64,000 bases of DNA from SAR324 cluster bacterium (GTDB lineage: Bacteria > SAR324 > XYD2-FULL-50-16 > JAERRU01), in assembly GCA_016735295.1 (NCBI GenBank), contig JAERRU010000003.1:742-64741 (forward strand). Reading direction: 5' to 3'. The notes beneath the pieces were generated by a model, which saw only the letters and a list, made by a program, of their open reading frames with translations, had not been told where the DNA came from and did no database searches. Below are positions 57,410 through 64,000 of this stretch, piece by piece. A program made the translations under genes and the position numbers. The stretch's first letter is position 1. Every line of letters starts with the position of its first letter.

Positions 57410-58462
57410 ATGGCAAAAGATATCGATATTACCCAAGTTGAGGCCGCTAAAGAGGCTGGTGTTAATTTGATGAACCTTGATATTTTCAAGGATAATTGGG
57501 AAAAGATGGACATTCCAGAAACGGTGTCCTGTAAGGATACTGAAAATAAGGGTTTGTTTGTGTTAGAGCCTTTGTATAAGGGTTATGGGCAGACTATTGG
57601 TCATTCCCTGAGACGTATTTTGATGTCTTCGTTGGTGGGAGCGGCGGTTACTGCGGTAAAGATTGAGGGGGTATCTCACGAATTTCAGACCATCAAATAT
57701 GTTAGAGAGGATGTGCTGCAAATCATATTAAACCTTAAGGATCTTTATATTAAGCCGCTCACTAAGGGCTCGTTTGATGTGAATATTAAGGTTAAAGGCC
57801 CTAAAACGGTTACTGCTGGAGATATAATAACTGATCAGAAGGTTGAAATTATCAATCCTGATCATGTTATATGCCATATTGAGCATGACATTGATTTTGA
57901 GATGACCCTATTCATCAAGATAGCGAGGGGGTATAACACTGCTGAGGAAAATTTCCGTGAAGATTTACCGGTAGGGGCTATCTATTTGGATTCTAATCAT
58001 TCGCCTATAGTGATGGCTGATTATATGATAGAAAATACTAGGGTAAGGCAAAAGACTGATTATGAAAAGCTCACCTTTAATTTAACAACTAACGGGTGTG
58101 TTACTCCTAAAGAGGCTTTAGGGTACGCGTGTAAAATTATCACTGATTATTACAAGGCTTTCATCAATTTTGATAACTTTTTACCAGCCCCTGAGGATAA
58201 AGAAGAGTCTCCCCAACCGGCTATTACTTCTAATCCTCATTTAATCAAAAATATCAATGAGTTAGAGCTTTCTATAAGATCTATTAATTGTTTACAAAAC
58301 GCTAAAATAGAAACGATTGCTCAGTTGGTAAGGAAAACAGAAACTGAAATGTTGAAAACAAAGAATTTTGGGAGAAAATCTTTGCAAGAGATAAAAAACA
58401 TTTTAGCTAGTATGGGGCTAACTTTAGGAATGGCATTGCCTGATTCACCCAATTCAATTTAA
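57410..58462 (+). CDS. rpoA: DNA-directed RNA polymerase alpha subunit
   Basis: 350 aa; GYGQTIGHSLRRILMSS; C-terminal domain ELELS.RS.NCL..A.I.T...L; follows rpsK directly, with no rpsD. Confidence 0.96.
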   Translation: MAKDIDITQVEAAKEAGVNLMNLDIFKDNWEKMDIPETVSCKDTENKGLFVLEPLYKGYGQTIGHSLRRILMSSLVGAAVTAVKIEGVSHEFQTIKYVREDVLQIILNLKDLYIKPLTKGSFDVNIKVKGPKTVTAGDIITDQKVEIINPDHVICHIEHDIDFEMTLFIKIARGYNTAEENFREDLPVGAIYLDSNHSPIVMADYMIENTRVRQKTDYEKLTFNLTTNGCVTPKEALGYACKIITDYYKAFINFDNFLPAPEDKEESPQPAITSNPHLIKNINELELSIRSINCLQNAKIETIAQLVRKTETEMLKTKNFGRKSLQEIKNILASMGLTLGMALPDSPNSI

Positions 58463-58488
58463 CAATAATTTTATTATTTATAGAGAAA

Positions 58489-58920
58489 ATGAGGCACAGA
58501 AAAGCCTTTCGAAGATTAGGGGTCAATAAAGGGCAAAGAAAGGCACTACTAAAAAGTTTGGCCACCCAATTAGCAGAAAGAGGAGAAATTTCTACTACTT
58601 TAGCTAGGGCTAAAGAGCTGAAAAGAGCTTTTGATAAATTAATTACCTTGGGCAAAAAATCCAGTTTGCATGCTAGGAGGCTTGCTTATCGGCGGTTAAA
58701 TTCTAGTAAATCGGTGATTAAAATATTTGATGAGTACGCTCCAAAATTCAAAAATCGCCTTGGTGGTTATACTAGAATATATAAGCTAGCTAATCGGTTA
58801 GGCGATAATTCTCTTATGGCTAAAATTACTTTGGCTGAATATGATGATTATCAACCGGAAAAGGAGGATAAGAAAGAGCTGCCAATTAAGGACACAGAAA
58901 AAGAAAAAAAATCTAGTTAG
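58489..58920 (+). CDS. rplQ: 50S ribosomal protein L17
   Basis: 143 aa; MRHRKAFRRLG; GGYTRI. Confidence 0.97.
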   Translation: MRHRKAFRRLGVNKGQRKALLKSLATQLAERGEISTTLARAKELKRAFDKLITLGKKSSLHARRLAYRRLNSSKSVIKIFDEYAPKFKNRLGGYTRIYKLANRLGDNSLMAKITLAEYDDYQPEKEDKKELPIKDTEKEKKSS

Positions 58921-59040
58921 CCTCATCTACCTTTTTGCATCTAATGGCTCATCGCGGAGCTGGTTTGATTTTGGATGGATATTTATGACTGGATATGCTT
59001 TATCTGGTTGGTCATCACATTTCGCCATAAGCTTGACTCA

Positions 59041-59418
59041 GTAATAATGGAGGGTGATAGCTATTTAATTCATTAAAAAAATTCGGTAGAGCTGTCTTGG
59101 TTTTGAACGAATATTCACCACCACTTAGCCTTCATATTTCACCACGAGCTTAACCCAGTAATAATGGAGGGTGATAGCTATTTAATTCATTAAAAAAATT
59201 CGGTAGCGCTGTCTTGGTTTTGAACGAATATTCACCACCGCTTAGCCTTCATATTGCACCACGAGCTTAACCCAGTAATAATGGAGGGTGATAGCTATTT
59301 AATTCATTAAAAAAATTCGGTAGGGCTGTCTTGGTTTTGAACGAATATTCACCACCGCTTAGCCTTCATATTGCACCACGAGCTTAACCCTGTAATAATG
59401 GAGGGTGATAGCTATCTA
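59041..59418. repeat. 117-bp non-coding tandem repeat: 3 full near-identical units plus a truncated fourth, with a diverged copy upstream from about 58950
   Basis: Units start at 59041, 59158, 59275 and 59392 (exact 117-nt period). Units 1-3 differ at 3-4 positions. Stop codons occur in all six frames. Confidence 0.9.
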
Positions 59419-59441
59419 ACTGGTAAGTCTCATAATAAAAG

Positions 59442-60866
59442 CTACAACTGTTCATTAAAAGTCTCATTTAATCTACCAATAGCGTCCCAAGCCGCTACCT
59501 TGTAGGCTGAGGAGAGGGTAGGGAAATTGATGACTTCTTTTAAAAAATAATCAATCGTGCCCCCATAGTAAATAATCGCTTGCCCAATATGGATCAAATC
59601 AGACGCGTAGTAGCCTATAATATGCACCCCTAGCAATTTTTTACTTTTAGGACTAAATAATAATTTTAATAATCCCTCTTCTTCTCCTAACAATTCAGCT
59701 CTAGCTAAATCCTTAAAATGGCATATCCCTTTTTCATAGGGGATTTTTTTTTCGTTCAGAGCTTCTTCGCTCAGGCCTACCATGGAAACCTCTGGAATTG
59801 TATAAATACCAATTGGAATATTTTTTAAATCGGAAAACTCAAAGTGCCCTTTAATAGCATGTTGAGCTGCGCTGCGCCCTTGCCCATTAGCAGTTGAGGC
59901 TAATGCTGGAAAGCCGATTATATCCCCTACCGCATAGATATTATTGATTGATGTTTGAAAACATTTATTAACATCAAGTTGTGATTTTTGATTAACATTA
60001 AGCCCGCAATTATCCAAACATAGCCCTTTGGTGTTGCCTTGACGGCCATTTGCGTAAAGCAGCATATTAGCTGATATAATTTCACCTGATTTTAATTTTA
60101 GCGATACTTGATCATTTTTTTGAGATATTTTTTCATATTGAGCGTCCAGATAGATGGTAATACCTGATTTTTCATAAATACTTTTTATGCAAGAGCTAAT
60201 TTCCTTATCTAAAAATGATAATAAATCCGCTTGAGGACTAACTAAAAAAATCTTTGTTCCCAAATAGCTAAATATTGAAGCATATTCACACCCAATCACG
60301 CCTCCTCCATATATTATCAAGGATTTGGGGATTTCAGATATCTTCAAAATACTATCTGAATCTACGATAAACTTGTGATCAAAGCCCACATCATCCGGAT
60401 GAAAAGGCTTAGAGCCTACTGCTATAATAATTTTAGGTGCACTTACCTTTTTTATAGAAGGGCTGCTCTTGCTATCCTGATTAGGGTAGGTCAAAGCCAG
60501 TTGGTGCCGATCAATAAAAGACGCTTTCGCTTGAATATAGGCAATATTATATTTTTTAAAATTAATCAGAATTCCTTTAGCCCGGCGATTAGAAATTAAA
60601 TTATGTCGATGCAGCACCTCAAGTGCTGAAAGTTGCTGAGTGACCTTAACTTCAAAACCATGGAGATGATTTTTCTTTAGATGATTAATATAGCAAGCAG
60701 TTTCGCGAATTGCTTTAGACGGAATGGTGCCAGTTAAAACTGAGGCGCCGCCTGGCCAATCTCCTTTTTCAATTATCAAAACTTTAGCTCCCAATATGGC
60801 GGCTTGAATAGCGGCTTTTTCGCCAGCTGGCCCTGAGCCAATTATGATAAGGTCATAATCATACAT
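59442..60866 (-). CDS. sthA: Soluble pyridine nucleotide transhydrogenase-like flavoprotein (SthA-like, class I pyridine nucleotide-disulfide oxidoreductase fold)
   Basis: 474 aa; FAD fold IIIGSGPAGEKAA. The redox-disulfide region is GGASVLTGTIPSK, with no Cys pair, unlike Lpd. C-terminal NFPTLSSAYKVAAWDAIGRL resembles the SthA tail. Confidence 0.6.
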   Translation of the reverse strand: MYDYDLIIIGSGPAGEKAAIQAAILGAKVLIIEKGDWPGGASVLTGTIPSKAIRETACYINHLKKNHLHGFEVKVTQQLSALEVLHRHNLISNRRAKGILINFKKYNIAYIQAKASFIDRHQLALTYPNQDSKSSPSIKKVSAPKIIIAVGSKPFHPDDVGFDHKFIVDSDSILKISEIPKSLIIYGGGVIGCEYASIFSYLGTKIFLVSPQADLLSFLDKEISSCIKSIYEKSGITIYLDAQYEKISQKNDQVSLKLKSGEIISANMLLYANGRQGNTKGLCLDNCGLNVNQKSQLDVNKCFQTSINNIYAVGDIIGFPALASTANGQGRSAAQHAIKGHFEFSDLKNIPIGIYTIPEVSMVGLSEEALNEKKIPYEKGICHFKDLARAELLGEEEGLLKLLFSPKSKKLLGVHIIGYYASDLIHIGQAIIYYGGTIDYFLKEVINFPTLSSAYKVAAWDAIGRLNETFNEQL

Positions 60867-60886
60867 TTTTTAAATCATCCATTTTA

Positions 60887-61558
60887 TCATATTATTTCCT
60901 GCCAAGATTGAATCACATACGGCAAAGATAATTCACCGACTTTATCATCTTTATATTGGCTACCATTATAGAGCACAAAATCTATATCAGCATGTTTGGC
61001 TGCTAAAAAATCGGATAAATTATTTCCATAATAGACCGCTTGCTCGGCAGGAATTTTTGCGTTTTTCAATATTAACTTTAGCATAGTAGGGTCAGGCTTG
61101 CTACAGCCTATTTCACTAGAAATCATACGAAAAGCAGGTTTAAAAAAATAATTAATCTTTAATCTGCTAAGCTTAAGTTTTTGAGAATTGGCATATCCAT
61201 TGGTGGCTATGCCCAGCAAATAAGATTTTTTTTGTAATTTATTAAGATAAGTAAGTGCCCCATCTTCTAATTTTAGGCGTTGCCAAAATTTTTCTTCAAA
61301 TAGGTTAGATAACCTATTTACCTCATCATAGAGATGCTCAAATCCTAAAATAGTGCAAAAACCTTTAAATATCTTAGTATAATTGCCAGACCCATAAATA
61401 AGTAATAAATCCTCAAAAATTCTCAATGCGTCAGTTTCAGAAATTTTGAATTCGGCCGAAGCTATATCAATATAACTAGAAAAATACGCATATTTAGTGC
61501 TAGTTAAGGTGTCATCAATATCAAAAATATGAAGCTTTTTATCAGGAATAGATTTCAT
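60887..61558 (-). CDS. HAD-superfamily hydrolase
   Basis: 223 aa; motif I FDIDDTL, motif III/IV ..YYGNNLSDF; 4-nt overlap with the glmS stop. Confidence 0.7.
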   Translation of the reverse strand: MKSIPDKKLHIFDIDDTLTSTKYAYFSSYIDIASAEFKISETDALRIFEDLLLIYGSGNYTKIFKGFCTILGFEHLYDEVNRLSNLFEEKFWQRLKLEDGALTYLNKLQKKSYLLGIATNGYANSQKLKLSRLKINYFFKPAFRMISSEIGCSKPDPTMLKLILKNAKIPAEQAVYYGNNLSDFLAAKHADIDFVLYNGSQYKDDKVGELSLPYVIQSWQEII

Positions 61559-63375
61559 GGAACTGTTACTGATTTTGCTAAATTTCGAGGTTTATCGATC
61601 GGATTTCCTAACTTATTAGCTAAATAATAGGCGAAAATCTGCATTATAATGATTTGATAAAATGGATAAAGCTGCCCCGGCATTTTAGGCAAAGGCAAAG
61701 TATAATCTAATTTTTTCTTGAGCAATTCATTATCATCTTCACAAAAAGCCATCACCACCCCACCTCTCGCCTTCACTTCCTCAATCGCGGTTAAGGTGCT
61801 CTCATACAAATGCTTTGATGCACTCGGTGGCATGAAAAATAGACAAGGAACATTTTTATCAATCAAAGCTAATGTGCCATGTTTTAAAAACCCTGTGGGC
61901 ATTCCTTCAGCGTGAATATAAGCCACTTCCTTTATTTTTAACGCCGCTTCTAGAGCTACTGGGTGATAAATACCCTTGCCCATACATAAAATATGCCTAT
62001 ATCCCGCCCACTTTGTGGCGATAGCGGATAATTGTTTGGTTAAACCAGGCAGCATGCCCGCCAATTTTTTGCTAAAATCGGTTAAATCTTGGTCATATTT
62101 TTCAGCATCTGATGAGGTTTGTATATTATTTTTAATGCCTATCCTAACGGCAATTCGCCCCATTATCACCAATTGAGCCAAGGCCGCCTTAGTTGAAACA
62201 ACTGAAATCTCTTGCCCCGAATTTTGATCCAAAAAGCAATCCACCGATCTAGCGATAGTAGATTGAGGAGAATTTCCTATTGCTGAAGTGCTCATCCCAC
62301 TTTTTTTGGCACAGCTTAACGCTTCTTTAGTATCATAGGTTTCTCCACTTTGAGAGATAAAAAGTGCGTGCTTTTCCTTATCAAAATTAATATTAAAGCA
62401 AAATTCATCAGAAGGTAATGCAGTAGCTAATAATTTTCCATATTCTTGAAAAAGATAACTACCCGCTAAAGCTATATAAAAAGTGGTGCCTATTCCTACT
62501 AAATAAGGATTTTTAGCGTGATAGCAATAGTTTACTATCTTTTGCAATTTTTCTTCTTTAATCGCTAACGCATGCAAAATAATTTGCGGCTGATCAAATA
62601 TCTCCTTAAGCATATAGTGAGCAAATTTCCCTTTAGTAGCCGTTTTTTGGGTGTCGCTAATTAATATCGGTAATCTTTTGGCTAGTTTTTTACCCGTAAA
62701 GCTAAAAATATCATGCCCTTGGCTGCTAATTACCACATATTCATTATCTTCTAAAATCACCACCTTGTTAGTGTGCACTAAAAATCCCATCACATCAGAG
62801 CTTAAAAACATTTTTTTTGCCGAAATTCCTACCACTAGTGGTAAAAAAAATTTAACTCCAAAAATTAATTTAGGCTCGTGTGTAGATAAAATGGCCAATG
62901 AATAACAGCCTTCCAATTTTGCAACAGTTTTTTCAATCGCTTTGGTGACACGGCCAGTTTTTTGATAAAAATACTGTAAAAGGTTAGCTATCACCTCGCT
63001 ATCAGTATCAGATGAAAAACTATATTTCTTAGCCGTTAATTCAGCTTTTAGCTGCTCATAATTATTGATAATGCCATTATGGGCAATAGAAAAAGTTTTA
63101 TCATTAGATAAATGAGGGTGGGCATTAGGCATAGTAACCGCTCCATGCGTAGCCCATCTGGTATGAGCGATTCCTGCCATGCCTGTTAGCTGGTTAAAAT
63201 TACACCTTTCATCAACCTCGCCGATGCTGCCCACATCTTTTATTATATCAATTTTTCCTGCCTCAATCAAAGACATACCGCAAGAATCATAACCTCGATA
63301 TTCCAATGTTCTTAACCCAGAACATAGCATTTTAGTTACCCCAGCCTCACCAATACAACCAACTATTCCGCACAT
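61555..63375 (-). CDS. glmS: Glutamine--fructose-6-phosphate aminotransferase (isomerising)
   Basis: 606 aa; N-terminal MCGIVG Ntn nucleophile; two SIS domains; C-terminal DKPRNLAKSVTV. Confidence 0.95.
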   Translation of the reverse strand: MCGIVGCIGEAGVTKMLCSGLRTLEYRGYDSCGMSLIEAGKIDIIKDVGSIGEVDERCNFNQLTGMAGIAHTRWATHGAVTMPNAHPHLSNDKTFSIAHNGIINNYEQLKAELTAKKYSFSSDTDSEVIANLLQYFYQKTGRVTKAIEKTVAKLEGCYSLAILSTHEPKLIFGVKFFLPLVVGISAKKMFLSSDVMGFLVHTNKVVILEDNEYVVISSQGHDIFSFTGKKLAKRLPILISDTQKTATKGKFAHYMLKEIFDQPQIILHALAIKEEKLQKIVNYCYHAKNPYLVGIGTTFYIALAGSYLFQEYGKLLATALPSDEFCFNINFDKEKHALFISQSGETYDTKEALSCAKKSGMSTSAIGNSPQSTIARSVDCFLDQNSGQEISVVSTKAALAQLVIMGRIAVRIGIKNNIQTSSDAEKYDQDLTDFSKKLAGMLPGLTKQLSAIATKWAGYRHILCMGKGIYHPVALEAALKIKEVAYIHAEGMPTGFLKHGTLALIDKNVPCLFFMPPSASKHLYESTLTAIEEVKARGGVVMAFCEDDNELLKKKLDYTLPLPKMPGQLYPFYQIIIMQIFAYYLANKLGNPIDKPRNLAKSVTVP

Positions 63376-63424
63376 AACCCTAACTAAATTAATCTTAATA
63401 AATCAATATTCATTACCATAATAA

Positions 63425-64000
63425 CTAAATACTCGCTAAATGTTCGTTAACCATGGTCGCCATTTTTCGCCCACTATCTATCGCCGTTACTACTAAATTA
63501 GCTCCGTCCACCATATCACCAGCCGCAAAAATTCTAGAATTATTACTACGAAAATTATCAACCAACAAATTACCTCGCCCATCTAATGCTAAATCAAGAT
63601 CTTTGACTAATCCATTATGCAAAGTATGCCTAAAGCCTAAAGCACTGATTAATAAATCGCAAGCGATGCTTTTAGTTTTTCCAGAAAGTTTATAATTCCT
63701 TTGCCCCGACTCAATTTCATTATCTGGCCAAATAATTTTTTGCACCTCAAGCGCCTCAATTTTATTTTTACCAAGCACCGATTTGGTTAAATAAGAAAAT
63801 TCCCTAATGCACCCTTCCTCATGGGAAGAAGAGTTGTTAAATGTTTTGGGCCAATTAGGCCAAGGATTGGTTACGTAGCGTTCTAATGGCTGTTTTTTGT
63901 GTAATTGCACCTGAGTAACAGATTTAGCCCCCTGCCTAATAGCAGTTCCCACACAATCAGCACCCGTATCTCCCCCTCCCACCACAACTACTTGTTTGCC
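63425..64000 (-). CDS. Glutamate synthase small-subunit-like NAD(P)H oxidoreductase (GltD family), C-terminal part; 5' end lies beyond the window
   Basis: The frame stays open to the window edge (..GKQVVVVGGGDTGADCVGTAIRQGAKSV, typical GltD second dinucleotide fold); C-terminal IFAAGDM..G..LVV.AI..GR. Confidence 0.7.
   Translation of the reverse strand, partial: GKQVVVVGGGDTGADCVGTAIRQGAKSVTQVQLHKKQPLERYVTNPWPNWPKTFNNSSSHEEGCIREFSYLTKSVLGKNKIEALEVQKIIWPDNEIESGQRNYKLSGKTKSIACDLLISALGFRHTLHNGLVKDLDLALDGRGNLLVDNFRSNNSRIFAAGDMVDGANLVVTAIDSGRKMATMVNEHLASI

Noticed and set aside
59041-59418. Reading the 117-bp array as CRISPR, as a diversity-generating retroelement TR/VR pair, or as tRNA-derived units (GGTAGAGC and CACCA-like strings)
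   Set aside because: The units are contiguous with no spacers, and no cas or reverse-transcriptase gene is nearby. The array is non-coding, so there is no variable protein target. I could not fold a unit into a cloverleaf; the tRNA-like strings are short and probably coincidental.
63376-63424. glmS ribozyme upstream of glmS
   Set aside because: Only 49 nt separate glmS from the upstream gltD-like gene, and no ribozyme core sequence is recognisable.

Overview
AT-rich (roughly one-third G+C by eye), gene-dense, standard-code chromosomal segment from a flagellated Gram-negative-type bacterium. Almost all of it is core genome.

Gene content in order:
- trmB, tRNA-Leu(CAA), a C-S lyase and an IMPase-family gene.
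- A sigma-54-type promoter followed by flgF-flgG-flgA-flgH, with a beta-barrel OMP-like gene overlapping the end of flgH.
- An HscA-like Hsp70 and an NlpD-like peptidase on the minus strand.
- A holA-like gene, a 1327-aa SNF2 ATPase, greA, a PBP4-like peptidase, eno-ftsB, NIF3, apt, a 2-hydroxyacid dehydrogenase, ispA, a membrane/coiled-coil protein, and gcvT-gcvH-gcvP.
- A minus-strand block: 569-aa orphan ORF, fmt, an E2 acyltransferase, a Pal-like lipoprotein, tolQ-tolR-tolA-tolB; then yqgE/algH.
- The str/S10/spc/alpha ribosomal cluster from rpsL to rplQ (41.2-58.9 kb).
- A 117-bp tandem-repeat array.
- On the minus strand: an sthA-like gene, a HAD hydrolase, glmS and a gltD-like gene cut by the window edge.

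I saw no CRISPR array, transposase, integrase, phage, toxin-antitoxin or recognisable defence genes. I cannot point to a convincing new multi-gene system.

The most unusual observations:
1. rplC (L3) is cleanly missing from the rpsJ/rplD junction. rpmD and rpsD are also absent from their usual slots.
2. A near-identical 117-bp non-coding tandem array lies between rplQ and sthA.
3. A 150-nt non-coding spacer splits rpsC from rplP.
4. FlgH has a P/Q-rich tail and an overlapping OMP-like gene.
5. A 569-aa orphan ORF sits where def normally precedes fmt.
6. The Tol-Pal order is non-canonical.
7. Shine-Dalgarno motifs are generally scarce.

Functional calls rest on recognised motifs and synteny only; no database search was possible.
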